Origin: a virus
Taxonomy: Duplodnaviria; Heunggongvirae; Uroviricota; Caudoviricetes
IMG/VR virus record: IMGVR_UViG_2713896781_000003
Direction: 5' to 3' (one strand)
DNA length: 16,269 nucleotides
Shown: positions 7,796 to 16,269 of the stretch, in pieces
Layout: the number at the start of each line of letters is the position of its first letter
How positions within the stretch are numbered: position 1 is the first letter of the stretch
Program-made: the position numbers and the translations under genes
Notes under the pieces: model-generated
What the model was told of the DNA's origin: nothing
What the model saw: the letters and a program-made list of their open reading frames with translations, nothing else
Databases searched by the model: none

Positions 7796-8539
7796 TTAAC
7801 CTGCGGCGCTGACAGCCACCGTAGCCACTGCCACAAAATCGCCGTCAGAAGTCATGCCCACAATGCTGACACTGCCCTGCTTCACGCCTTTCACCGTGGC
7901 CACAAGCCCGTTCAGGGTCACCGTGGCAGTCTGTGGATCTGTCGAATGCACACTGATCGCTTTGTCACTGGCTCCGTCAGGTTTTACTGTAAAGGTCAGC
8001 GTGGTGGTTGCTCCCACTTTTACACTGGCAGATGCCGGTGCCACCGTCAGCCCGGTAACGCCCACGGTTTCAGTGCCTTCTTCTGCCAGATACGGACGCC
8101 CCACACCGCTGATTTTCACTGTGCGGGTCATCACGTCTTTTGAGGCAATGGTTTTACCCAGTGAACTCAGCCAGCCACGGAAAACATCAACAGTACCGTT
8201 GGGATATTTGATACGAAACGCGCAGACTTCACCGGAGTCGAACAACTGAACCAGTTTTTTCTGCCCGCTGTCACCCGGACGCCAGGCCAGCGTCGCCGAA
8301 GTATCACCGACGGATTTCTGCCCCTGGGTTGTCGTTTTCCAGTCTGCATCTTCATCATCGAGATAAGTGTCATCTTCTGCATCAGCGGTCATTTCGCCAG
8401 GTTGCAGATCCTTCACCATCGCAAGACGCAGCCAGTCAGTGTCCGACAAAGGGTTCGCAAACGCATCGCCGTTGCCGGTATACATCCAGAACGTCGTCCC
8501 CGCACCTTTCGTCTTTGCCAGTGGATTTGGTGTGGTCAT
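7796..8539 (-). CDS. V: Major tail tube protein V with C-terminal Ig-like (Big_2-type) domain
   Basis: MTTPNPLAKTKGAGTTFWMY...YLDDEDADW...FRGWLSSLGK... resembles lambda gpV. The T/V/S-rich C-terminal ~90 aa is typical of an Ig-like domain. Start at ATG 8539 after AAGGAGGTGGTA; the ORF-track extension to 8614 would overlap U. Confidence 0.85.
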   Translation of the reverse strand: MTTPNPLAKTKGAGTTFWMYTGNGDAFANPLSDTDWLRLAMVKDLQPGEMTADAEDDTYLDDEDADWKTTTQGQKSVGDTSATLAWRPGDSGQKKLVQLFDSGEVCAFRIKYPNGTVDVFRGWLSSLGKTIASKDVMTRTVKISGVGRPYLAEEGTETVGVTGLTVAPASASVKVGATTTLTFTVKPDGASDKAISVHSTDPQTATVTLNGLVATVKGVKQGSVSIVGMTSDGDFVAVATVAVSAAG

Positions 8540-8549
8540 TACCACCTCC

Positions 8550-8951
8550 TTAATTCGTGTACGTGATCTGGTACGTGATTTCCGCCATCGCCCAGGTGGC
8601 CATCTCATTATCACGTTGATAGTTAAAACCGAGTGGGATCAGGATGTCGATGAGTCCGGAAAGTGCCGGTACATCATTCAGGGCAGGGAAAATGGTGCTC
8701 TCCATCCACATATCCAGCTCTGAATCCGGTGCCTGTGCCCGGATGAAGACGGCAATATGCAGAACAGCCTGCCAGTCATCTTCATCCGTCATTTTTCCGG
8801 TGTACTGAGCATCACTCAGCCACACCGCCACGGCAGGCAGTTCCTGCGCATCAATAAATGCCGGAAGCCCGTCAAAAAACGTGGCGCTGTCTCCACACTG
8901 TTCCCGAAGGCGTGCCAGTACGGCCTGGCGGATTTGTGTATGTCGGTTCAT
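8550..8951 (-). CDS. U: Tail terminator protein U
   Basis: MNRHTQIRQAVLARL...ATFFDG...ELPAVAVWLSDAQYTG... resembles lambda gpU (MKHTELRAAVLDAL...). Start at ATG 8951, forming an ATGA overlap with the Z stop. Confidence 0.8.
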   Translation of the reverse strand: MNRHTQIRQAVLARLREQCGDSATFFDGLPAFIDAQELPAVAVWLSDAQYTGKMTDEDDWQAVLHIAVFIRAQAPDSELDMWMESTIFPALNDVPALSGLIDILIPLGFNYQRDNEMATWAMAEITYQITYTN

Positions 8952-9526
8952 CGGGTCAGCCATAACCTCAGTTGTTGTTTCAGTGCATACCCCAGCTGTT
9001 TCGGCATTTCCGCAGCAATGATGTGGTCGCGGGCATCTTCAAATGCCTGTGTCAGCGGTCCGGACAGCGGGATTTTCACCACATCAATGGGGTAACGATT
9101 TTTGCCATCAATACGTCGCATCACATGCCAGCGACCATTCGCCAGTTGCTGAATAAACGCATCCCGGAAAAGATATTTACCCACCTTCAGCACACTGCCA
9201 CGGTACTGCAGTTTTCCACCACGCCGGGCCAGTCTGACCCGGGCTGTCCCCAGCTTAATGGCGGGCAGATTGCCTCGGTTAACGCGGATCCTGGCCGTCA
9301 TTTTTCCTGACGGACTGGCTTTAAACACCCGGACACGCTGACGTACCAGTTTCAGGGGGATCCCTTTCACCTGGTTATCTCCCGCAACGGTATTCCCGGC
9401 AACCTGCCGGGTGGCAACCGAGACCGCTTTCTGTGCCACACGGTTTATCGCCCATGCGCTGGCCTGTGGCACCATACGGGTATCAAGGCTGTTCAGATTG
9501 CGGATGGCATTCTCAAGCCCCTTCAT
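8948..9526 (-). CDS. Z: Tail completion protein Z
   Basis: 192 aa, the same length I recall for lambda gpZ, at the syntenic position. ATG at 9526 preceded by AGAGGTG. Confidence 0.8.
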   Translation of the reverse strand: MKGLENAIRNLNSLDTRMVPQASAWAINRVAQKAVSVATRQVAGNTVAGDNQVKGIPLKLVRQRVRVFKASPSGKMTARIRVNRGNLPAIKLGTARVRLARRGGKLQYRGSVLKVGKYLFRDAFIQQLANGRWHVMRRIDGKNRYPIDVVKIPLSGPLTQAFEDARDHIIAAEMPKQLGYALKQQLRLWLTR

Positions 9527-9537
9527 CCCACACCTCT

Positions 9538-9813
9538 TTACTCAATAAAGATCATTGGCTTACCGTTAAAGCGTTCATGCCGTGTGACCGTCCATTGTTG
9601 TCCGTCATAAACAACGCGATCCCCGCGCCGTGGGCGGTATCCCGAAGAAAACACCACCAGAGAGACCGCAGGTCCGGACAGAGCATTCAGCTCTGCCAGT
9701 GTTTCTCCCGGGATCACAGTCATATCGACATCATTAATCGAGGCTGTCTTTCCCATCTTTCTGACCGTGATCGCATCCATACGCGCTGCCAGCCGGGAAA
9801 AGGGATCAGACAT
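9538..9813 (-). CDS. FII: Head-tail joining protein, gpFII-like
   Basis: 91 aa, immediately upstream of Z as in lambda. The C-terminal RRGDRVVYDGQQWTVTRHE resembles the lambda FII RRGD...W..DRV region. Call rests on weak similarity plus synteny. Confidence 0.65.
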   Translation of the reverse strand: MSDPFSRLAARMDAITVRKMGKTASINDVDMTVIPGETLAELNALSGPAVSLVVFSSGYRPRRGDRVVYDGQQWTVTRHERFNGKPMIFIE

Positions 9814-10129
9814 TGAGTTTTACCGGCACTTCTTCTGCACTGGTTCCGGCATCTGCCCAGACAACCCCGACCAGCGGATCAGAGCCGCTGTTAGTCAGCT
9901 GAACTTTTCCTGACTTCATATAAACCTTCTTACCCGTTTTCATGTCATCCGTTTTCAGCTTAGGCAGCATAAACACACCTTCGGTTATGCCGTCGCCTGT
10001 TTCTCCCTGTGGAATATCGGTCAGCGCCACCGCAAAAACATCACCCACCTGCACCAGATCTCCGCTGCTGATGGCTGCACTGGCAACAATCGCCACCGTT
10101 TTTCCTTCTTCTACAAAATTCTTTGCCAT
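9806..10129 (-). CDS. Small head protein, probably a decoration/cement-type protein (DUF2190-like)
   Basis: 108 aa from the ATG at 10129, preceded by GGAG with a 6-nt spacer; the ORF-track start at 10174 is further upstream. Gly/Val-rich beta-type composition; sits between the capsid gene and FII. Function inferred from position and composition only. Confidence 0.5.
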   Translation of the reverse strand: MAKNFVEEGKTVAIVASAAISSGDLVQVGDVFAVALTDIPQGETGDGITEGVFMLPKLKTDDMKTGKKVYMKSGKVQLTNSGSDPLVGVVWADAGTSAEEVPVKLNV

Positions 10130-10142
10130 AACTGTCTCCGCA

Positions 10143-10161
10143 CAGCCCCGTTCAGGGGCTG
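10143..10161 (-). promoter_or_regulatory. RNA hairpin (7-bp stem CAGCCCC/GGGGCUG, 5-nt loop) just upstream of the decoration-gene ribosome-binding site
   Basis: Perfect inverted repeat seen directly in the sequence, located between the post-capsid terminator-like element and the next gene's Shine-Dalgarno. Confidence 0.4.
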
Positions 10162-10172
10162 ATTTCAGGTAC

Positions 10173-10192
10173 AAAAAAAGCCCTTACGGGCC
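10173..10192 (-). terminator. Terminator-like element after the capsid gene (short stem GCCC/GGGC, GUAA tetraloop, then U7)
   Basis: The minus strand reads GGCCC-GUAA-GGGC-UUUUUUUG starting about 25 nt after the capsid stop codon. The stem is short (4-5 bp), so strength is uncertain. Confidence 0.45.
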
Positions 10193-10215
10193 ATCAGAGT
10201 TGTTGTCTGCGACGT

Positions 10216-12174
10216 TTACGCCGTACATTTCACTAGGCCGCGGTGATCAACTGGCGCAACACCAGCGTCAATACGTACTTTCGTTGTCACGCCATCCACA
10301 CTGAAGCCCTCCATCTGATCAATATATGGCGTATCCACACCGTTGAGATAAGCCACTTCAATCGTATCGGAGCCTTTGGACGCAGCCAGGTAGAAGGTGG
10401 TCTGGCTGTTATCATCAAGACGAGGCTCTGCAATAACGGTCGCAAAATCTTTCACCGGGTTAATAATACCGGCGTTAATGTCAGCCCCCTTGACACTTGA
10501 GGAGCGAATGACCTGGTTAGCAACAGACTCCATCGCCGTCGGTACCAGTACGAACGCAGGACGAATATTCAGATGACGCTCACCCTCTTTCTGAACGCGC
10601 ATCAACTGGCGGGCTTTATCCAGCGATGCCACGTCCATTGCCGCGCTCTCCAGTACGTTTGCATGTTTCGCTTTATCGAACAGACTTACATTATCTGTGG
10701 AGATTTTCGGGTTAGACGTCAGAATGGCATAAACCAGATCGGCAATAGTGGATTTCGCCGCACGGCCCAGCTTCATCGGGACATCGGTCAGCATATTCAG
10801 ATCATCATTGATAATGGCCTGACGGGTGATACTGAACAGCTCGCCATAGGTCGCCAGTGCAATAGTGGCCTGTTTATCTCCGGTGGTGACGTATTTATAT
10901 TCTGCCCCTTCACGCACCTGACGCAGAGCACTGAAGCCCCCCATACCCACACGATGGGCAATTTTAAAATCAGACAACTGACCTTTCCGCGTCCACTGTT
11001 CATAGGTTTCAGGGGCATCTTCCCAGCCCTGCAGAATGGCTTTGTTCGCAACATCCAGCAGAATATTACCGAAGTCAGACGTACTGTGTGTGAACGCCGC
11101 ACCGACCATCTGCATCGGGTTATAACTGGAAACACCAATACCACGTTCAGTCAGTGACATACGGGCATATTCACGCAGGGTCATCCCGTTGTAGACATTA
11201 TCACGTTCGGTTTTTTCAAACCCGGCGCGCGCCATCAGCGCCTGGCGGATCCCGTCCCCCACAAAATTACCGTTACCGGCATAAATATGAGCCGGGGTAT
11301 TTTTATTGGATGGCGTGGACTCGCGCCCCATCTCGTTCAACAGCTTTTCGCGGGCCTGCTCCAGCGAACATTCAGGATCGGCAAGACACTGAGCCTGCAG
11401 CGACTGATAACGCCCACCAAACATGGCAAACAGATCATTAATACCGTTTACACGCGCTTTTTGCTCTGCCAGGACCTGCGCACGGATGCTGTTTTCATCC
11501 ACCACGGGTGCTGCTGCCTGCACTGGCGTCCGGGAGGCTGCAGGTCCATCATCCTGTACGCGTGGAGCACTGTTGCGTGGCGGAGTAATCATATTTCGAA
11601 TGGATTCCGGCATCTTTTTAAATTCCTCTGTACGTTTTGACTGAATACATGCCATTGCCTTAACGGCTGGTGTCACCTGATCAGCAAATCCCTGTGCCAG
11701 ACATTCGGCACCGGACATCCAGGTCTCATCCGCCAGCATGGCAGCAATTTCATCGGTGGTTTTCCCGGTTTTCTGTGCATAAGCGGGTAACAGAACCGCC
11801 TCAACTTTATCGAGCAGGTCGGCATAGGTGCGCATGTCCTCCGCATCACCGCCCGTAAAGCCAAATGGTTTATGAATCATCATGAAGGAGTTTTCCGGCA
11901 TAATGACCGGGTTTCCCACCATCGCAATGACCGACGCCATTGACGCCGCCACACCGTCGACATAAACGGTAATGGACGCACCATGTGTTTTCAGTGCATT
12001 AAAAATGGCGATGCCTTCAAAGACATCGCCACCCGGTGAATTAATATGGAGATTAATGTGGGTGATATCGCCCAGTGCATTCAGATCACTGATAAACTGC
12101 TTCGCCGTAACACCCCAGAAACCAATCTCGTCATAAATATAAATATCCGCGTCACTCTGGTGACCTGCCTGCAT
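10216..12174 (-). CDS. Fused prohead protease (ClpP-like serine protease) - linker - major capsid protein (HK97 fold)
   Basis: The N-terminal ~170 aa carry ClpP-like active-site motifs (VDGVAASMASVIAMVG and MMIHKPFG). A Pro/Ala-rich linker follows, then a C-terminal ~350 aa of capsid-like sequence ending ...VAPVDHRGLVKCTA. Start set to the ATG at 12174, 13 nt after the portal stop (653 aa); the ORF-track start at 12435 would overlap the portal gene by ~250 nt. Confidence 0.8.
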   Translation of the reverse strand: MQAGHQSDADIYIYDEIGFWGVTAKQFISDLNALGDITHINLHINSPGGDVFEGIAIFNALKTHGASITVYVDGVAASMASVIAMVGNPVIMPENSFMMIHKPFGFTGGDAEDMRTYADLLDKVEAVLLPAYAQKTGKTTDEIAAMLADETWMSGAECLAQGFADQVTPAVKAMACIQSKRTEEFKKMPESIRNMITPPRNSAPRVQDDGPAASRTPVQAAAPVVDENSIRAQVLAEQKARVNGINDLFAMFGGRYQSLQAQCLADPECSLEQAREKLLNEMGRESTPSNKNTPAHIYAGNGNFVGDGIRQALMARAGFEKTERDNVYNGMTLREYARMSLTERGIGVSSYNPMQMVGAAFTHSTSDFGNILLDVANKAILQGWEDAPETYEQWTRKGQLSDFKIAHRVGMGGFSALRQVREGAEYKYVTTGDKQATIALATYGELFSITRQAIINDDLNMLTDVPMKLGRAAKSTIADLVYAILTSNPKISTDNVSLFDKAKHANVLESAAMDVASLDKARQLMRVQKEGERHLNIRPAFVLVPTAMESVANQVIRSSSVKGADINAGIINPVKDFATVIAEPRLDDNSQTTFYLAASKGSDTIEVAYLNGVDTPYIDQMEGFSVDGVTTKVRIDAGVAPVDHRGLVKCTA

Positions 12175-12187
12175 CCTGAACCAGGAA

Positions 12188-13696
12188 TTATTCTTCGGAC
12201 TGGTCGTCGGTGTGCTGCGGCTCCTGTCGTTTCGTTGCGGCACTGCTGCCTCCTTTATCACTGGCCGGATCGGTATCAAATACCAGATCCAGCTTGCGGT
12301 TTTCATCAATTTCGGCCTTGCGCCGACGTTTGACATCATCCGGATTACGACCACCTGCACGTACCCAGTCTGATTCTGTCGCCGCTCCACCACGAATCTG
12401 AATTTTCCAGGCCTCAGCCTCCTTAACAGGGTCAATCCACGGCATCACCGGTCCGGAATACACCGCGGTATACAGTGAAGAACGATCAAGATCGCGGGGT
12501 AGCCTGATAACACCGGATGCCACAGCCTGTTTCAGCCAGGCACGATACATCGGGCGGGTGACGGCACCAATAAACCAGTCCTGCAGGATCAGGTAGCCAT
12601 CAGTGGATTCAACCAGCTCCTGACGCTGGGCGCTGTAAGTGCCGTTATAGTTGCGCGCTGTACTGGAAAAACTCAGACGACTGCCCGCCGCCACGGCACG
12701 CAACTGACCATTACGAAAAGTTTCAAGATTAGGATTGGGGCGATCCGACTTCACCATTCCGATTTCTTCGCCGGGTTTCAGATCGTCGTAAATAATGCCT
12801 GGCTGAATGGTAAGCTCGCGTTCCTTATCCTTGCTGCCATTACCATCCGGTTCATAGCTCTGCCCGTCGCCTTTCCGGATGTACATCCCCAGAGCAGCGG
12901 CGATCCTTGCTGCAGTCAGCTCAGAATCTTCATACTCTTTCAGGGCACTGAGGCGGATCAGCACACCGGACAACAAAGACGTCCCGCGCATCTGGTGCAG
13001 ACGGCGAACAAATTTAAGATGCAGCATTCGCTCTGCATCCACTTCTTTGGTTTCCATCTGCCGTCCGGATACGGGACGGCTTTTATACACCAGATATTTT
13101 TCGGGACGCCCCCAGTCATCAACAAACACGCCCTGATTCAGCCTGTTGCTCTCATCACTGGTCATGGGAATAAAGTCCGGCTCGAGCGCCTCCAGCCAGA
13201 AATGAACACCGGCAGAAGGCGTCAGGCTGTTTATGCGCCCGGAAACCATCTGGGCAAACACCTCACCATCGCGCAGCCAGGTACGCAACATCAGACGTTC
13301 CAGCATCGGACGGGTAAACTGCCCGGTGACTTCCGGACTGACAGACCATTCACTCCATCGGGTGCGTATCTCCGCTGCCAGATCACGGGCAATGGCCCCA
13401 TTGCGTAATACCGGATGTGGCTCGACAATAATCCCGTTTTTCCCCACCACCCGTTCTTCCAGCTTGTCAAATACACCAATGACCAGATCGTGGTTGTTAT
13501 CAAGGTAACGGGCCTGCTCACGTAACGACACGGCCCCGTACTGGCTTAACTGGTCGGCAGTTCGGTTTTCCCGCCGGGCTTTGTGTGTCCGCGTCGTTTT
13601 TACGGCCTCATAAGCCTGGATCACCGCACGGGAACGCAGCCTTGCCGCTTTCCATCCTGGTGAAAAAACGCCAATCACATCATCAAGAATTGCCAT
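12188..13696 (-). CDS. Portal protein
   Basis: About 502 aa, positioned between the gpW-like gene and the capsid gene, with an acidic C-terminal tail. Start at ATG 13696, forming a TGATG overlap with the W stop. The call is by size and synteny; I cannot confirm the portal family without a search. Confidence 0.8.
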   Translation of the reverse strand: MAILDDVIGVFSPGWKAARLRSRAVIQAYEAVKTTRTHKARRENRTADQLSQYGAVSLREQARYLDNNHDLVIGVFDKLEERVVGKNGIIVEPHPVLRNGAIARDLAAEIRTRWSEWSVSPEVTGQFTRPMLERLMLRTWLRDGEVFAQMVSGRINSLTPSAGVHFWLEALEPDFIPMTSDESNRLNQGVFVDDWGRPEKYLVYKSRPVSGRQMETKEVDAERMLHLKFVRRLHQMRGTSLLSGVLIRLSALKEYEDSELTAARIAAALGMYIRKGDGQSYEPDGNGSKDKERELTIQPGIIYDDLKPGEEIGMVKSDRPNPNLETFRNGQLRAVAAGSRLSFSSTARNYNGTYSAQRQELVESTDGYLILQDWFIGAVTRPMYRAWLKQAVASGVIRLPRDLDRSSLYTAVYSGPVMPWIDPVKEAEAWKIQIRGGAATESDWVRAGGRNPDDVKRRRKAEIDENRKLDLVFDTDPASDKGGSSAATKRQEPQHTDDQSEE

Positions 13697-13908
13697 CAGA
13701 ACCTCGCAAGCCGGTACCCGGGATGCCCCCGTCGTCGTGTAATCAGAGCCGCAAGGCGGCGCTCCCACTCCTGCCGTCCCTGCCGGATCTCAGATAAGTT
13801 TTCCATGGTCATCTGCTGACCATTAAAGGTGACGGATTTTCCGTCCAGCACCGCCATTTCAGCTTCCGTATAACGCTGAATCATGGCTTCGATATCATTC
13901 TGGTTCAT
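13696..13908 (-). CDS. gpW-like head completion / head-tail joining protein
   Basis: 70 aa from the ATG at 13908, which overlaps the terminase stop as ATGA, with GGAGG 6 nt upstream. Small basic C-terminus ...ITRRRGHPGYRLARF resembles the lambda gpW C-terminus (...RRRGPAGF...). Confidence 0.6.
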   Translation of the reverse strand: MNQNDIEAMIQRYTEAEMAVLDGKSVTFNGQQMTMENLSEIRQGRQEWERRLAALITRRRGHPGYRLARF

Positions 13909-16007
13909 AACCATCCTCCGGAAGTCAGCCAGGGGTTAACATCGTCAGTTACTGTTTTCTTCCGTTTTTGTTTTTTAACAGGCGTGGATACCGGTTCCGG
14001 TGTGGGTGACGGTTCGGTACTGTCCGGGACACACTCCAGCCAGGTTTCCCGGCTCGCCCACTCCGGTGCATCCGGCCAGCGGATCTTTTCGTATCCATGC
14101 AGAATGACCGGAGCCTCGGCATACACCATCAGGTCAAAAGCTTCGTTGGCACCGCGACCCGGCTTACTCCATTTCCCGTCACTGCTCCGCTCTTCATACG
14201 TCAGTTCGTCGTAAAACCAGCTCCCCAGCCAGTCAGGGAAATGCACATAGCCGGGACCTGGCGAGTCACGCCATAACGCGTTATTCACCCGGTCTTTCAG
14301 GGCATCCGTCTGAAGAAGCCAGAGCGGTACATCACCTGCGGCCTGCGCCCGTCGGCCCGTTCGTCCGGTGTTATCAGGGAATGTACGGGTGATCAGTTTT
14401 GCGCGCCGGATGCTGTCGCCCTTAAACAGGTAAATACGTTTACCAAGGCCATCACGACGGCAACGACGCCAGAATTTATAGGCATTATCAGTGACTCCGT
14501 CTTCACCGCCGGAGTCCACCGCCATTGCCATCAGTCGCATTTGTTGAGAAGGATCGGAGGCCAGCGGCCAGCTTTTATGAAAAACATCCGTCAGCAGGAC
14601 ATCCCAGTCTTCCGGATAGCTGGCCGGATCAATTCGCTGGCTCTCCCCGTCGCTGTCACCGCGCAATGACTGCGTGATGTTGTAACGATCAATAATCCAG
14701 CGTTCGCCACGGCTGCCATAGCCCGTTACCTGAACCACAAAACGGCGATGACGTCCCGCCTGCACATCAACTGTCGCCACCAGGAAATTAACGCCATCCG
14801 GCACACTGCGGGAAGGAACTGGCTCTGCCCGCTGCTCAAGCAGTTCACTTTTTCGTTGCTCCATGCTGGCACGGGGAAGATAAGGTAATCCCCAGTCGGT
14901 ATTGATAACCGTCTTGAGTGTTTCTTCACTTCCGGTTGTCTCGTATTCCTGTTCTGCAGCAAGCAGTTTGTAAACGAGTTGCGAGAGTGTCTGGTAAGCA
15001 GCTGCCGGACCCTCCATCCAGAATGACGCAATACGTGAGCGTCGGGGATCACCATAACGACTGCCATCCGCATTGATGGATTCACCATCCCGCAACCAGA
15101 CCCCACGTCCGTTCAGCTCACGTTTTTGTTCAGGCATAATCCGTCCTGAACAGGAAGGACACTGAATATAAGCCGCCTCACTTGCCAGCACGGGATCGGC
15201 AATATCACGGAAACCAGCAACCACATCGCCGCAGGGCTGAAAATACTCACCACAGTGTGGACAGGGCCAGTACCAGCGACGGCGATCGCCACGGTTATAG
15301 AGCGACAGTATCCCCGTGGTTGGTGGAGCCTCATGCGGTGAAGTCCGTCGCCATTTCACATCCTTCACATCCCTGCCGGGGGAACTCTCCACCAGCGTCA
15401 TACCACTGGACATAAATGTGGTGGTACGTTTTGAGGCAAGAGAGAAGGCATCCCCCTCGCCATCAATATCTTCCGGAAAACGGTCATAATCCGTCAGCGC
15501 CACGCATTTATAATCTGATGAGGACATGATATTGACTGACGGCCAGCCGATTTTCAGGTAGTTGCCAGCAAGGAATGTTCTGTCATAAACGTTGTTGTCA
15601 TTTTTGTTCGGACTCAGGCGACTGACCACTTCCGGGCTGACGCGAAACGTTCTGGCAAGTCGTTTTTTGGAGTGTTCGCGGGCTTTTTCCTCCGTCATCT
15701 GAATGATCAGCATATCAGCAGGATCGCAAATCACGTTGTAAATCACCCAGCCGTCAATCAGGCCGATAGTCTTGCCAGTTCGTGCCGGGCCAACAAATAT
15801 CACTGCGTCGTATTCACGCGAGGCCAGGCAGTTCATCGGCTCAATAACATACGGTGCCACCAGCGGATCCCACGGGACTGAGTTCCCGGCCCCCATGGGC
15901 ACCCGCATATACTGAGCAACGGCATCAGCAACCCGCATTCGTCTCGGTGCGCGAAGGATATAACCTGAATCGGTTCGTGCTGCCTTTGCGGTTTCCTGAT
16001 TCAGCAT
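13905..16007 (-). CDS. Terminase large subunit (GpA family: N-terminal ATPase, zinc ribbon, C-terminal nuclease)
   Basis: 700 aa. Walker A-like VGPARTGKT; Cys4 zinc ribbon CPHCG...CPSC as in lambda gpA; basic C-terminal tail. ATG at 16007 overlaps the upstream stop (TAATG) and is preceded by AGGAGGAG. Confidence 0.9.
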   Translation of the reverse strand: MLNQETAKAARTDSGYILRAPRRMRVADAVAQYMRVPMGAGNSVPWDPLVAPYVIEPMNCLASREYDAVIFVGPARTGKTIGLIDGWVIYNVICDPADMLIIQMTEEKAREHSKKRLARTFRVSPEVVSRLSPNKNDNNVYDRTFLAGNYLKIGWPSVNIMSSSDYKCVALTDYDRFPEDIDGEGDAFSLASKRTTTFMSSGMTLVESSPGRDVKDVKWRRTSPHEAPPTTGILSLYNRGDRRRWYWPCPHCGEYFQPCGDVVAGFRDIADPVLASEAAYIQCPSCSGRIMPEQKRELNGRGVWLRDGESINADGSRYGDPRRSRIASFWMEGPAAAYQTLSQLVYKLLAAEQEYETTGSEETLKTVINTDWGLPYLPRASMEQRKSELLEQRAEPVPSRSVPDGVNFLVATVDVQAGRHRRFVVQVTGYGSRGERWIIDRYNITQSLRGDSDGESQRIDPASYPEDWDVLLTDVFHKSWPLASDPSQQMRLMAMAVDSGGEDGVTDNAYKFWRRCRRDGLGKRIYLFKGDSIRRAKLITRTFPDNTGRTGRRAQAAGDVPLWLLQTDALKDRVNNALWRDSPGPGYVHFPDWLGSWFYDELTYEERSSDGKWSKPGRGANEAFDLMVYAEAPVILHGYEKIRWPDAPEWASRETWLECVPDSTEPSPTPEPVSTPVKKQKRKKTVTDDVNPWLTSGGWL

Positions 16008-16269
16008 TACTCCTCCTGCTGTAATTCCTCCTCATCATCCGCACCTGCTTCGGTCACCCGCAGGGCTATCTGATCGCGCAGATCATCAATAATGGACTGA
16101 ACACGGCTCACAGCGGCAGGCTGCAGGCCGCAGTCACGTTCCAGAATATCCGGTAATGTCTCCAGCACCTGCACGACCGCTTTTGCCCAGATGGCAAACT
16201 CCCGTCTGTGAACCGCCCCGGAAATCCTGGAGACTAAACTCCCTGAGAAAGAGGTAAACAGGATGACTA
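16007..16269 (-). CDS. Probable terminase small subunit, C-terminal 87 codons (5' end beyond the window)
   Basis: Open frame running in from the window edge and ending ...TEAGADDEEELQQEE-stop, directly overlapping the large-terminase start. The call is by position only. Confidence 0.5.
   Translation of the reverse strand, partial: VILFTSFSGSLVSRISGAVHRREFAIWAKAVVQVLETLPDILERDCGLQPAAVSRVQSIIDDLRDQIALRVTEAGADDEEELQQEE

Noticed and set aside
7796-8100. Ig-like C-terminal domain of V as a possible novel adhesin or receptor-binding add-on
   Set aside because: Lambda gpV itself carries a C-terminal Ig-like domain, so this is a known feature of the family rather than an insertion.
10573-11157. 194-aa plus-strand ORF antisense to the capsid/protease gene
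   Set aside because: Entirely embedded in a strongly supported minus-strand gene with no start context of its own; treated as a chance open frame in GC-rich DNA.
12175-12435. N-terminal extensions given by the ORF track (capsid to 12435, portal to 13768, V to 8614, K to 2974, H to 7069, G to 7777, decoration gene to 10174)
   Set aside because: These extensions overlap the 3' ends of upstream genes. Where I checked (H, G) the track start is a TTG, and in each case an internal ATG with a Shine-Dalgarno or stop/start overlap matches the homologous lambda N-terminus better.
14200-15300. Cys-rich zinc-ribbon segment (CPHCG...CPSC) in the large terminase as a possible inserted nuclease or HNH element
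   Set aside because: The same zinc-ribbon motif is present in lambda gpA at the equivalent position; it is part of the GpA terminase architecture, not an intein or homing endonuclease.

Overview
The whole 16.3-kb window is the late (virion morphogenesis) operon of a lambdoid siphovirus prophage, in reverse orientation: every credible gene is on the minus strand, packed with overlapping or near-abutting stop/start codons. Reading 5'->3' on the minus strand: 3' end of a probable small terminase, GpA-type large terminase, gpW-like protein, portal, a single ORF fusing a ClpP-like prohead protease to an HK97-fold major capsid protein, a small decoration-like protein, then lambda-type FII, Z, U, V, G/G-T (with -1 frameshift), tape measure H, M, L, K, I and the first ~527 codons of tail-tip protein J (runs off the window). 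From memory, L-K-I-J look near-identical to phage lambda, while M, H, V, U, Z are clearly diverged and the head module is not lambda-type, so this is a mosaic lambdoid element. I found no tRNA, rRNA, CRISPR array, IS element or inserted cargo gene; the largest intergenic gap is 86 nt. I therefore cannot honestly point to a novel defence or accessory system inside this window; any such cargo would lie beyond J or upstream of the terminase genes. The findings below are the features worth a second look. All homology statements are from reading the translations and recalling lambda proteins, not from a database search.
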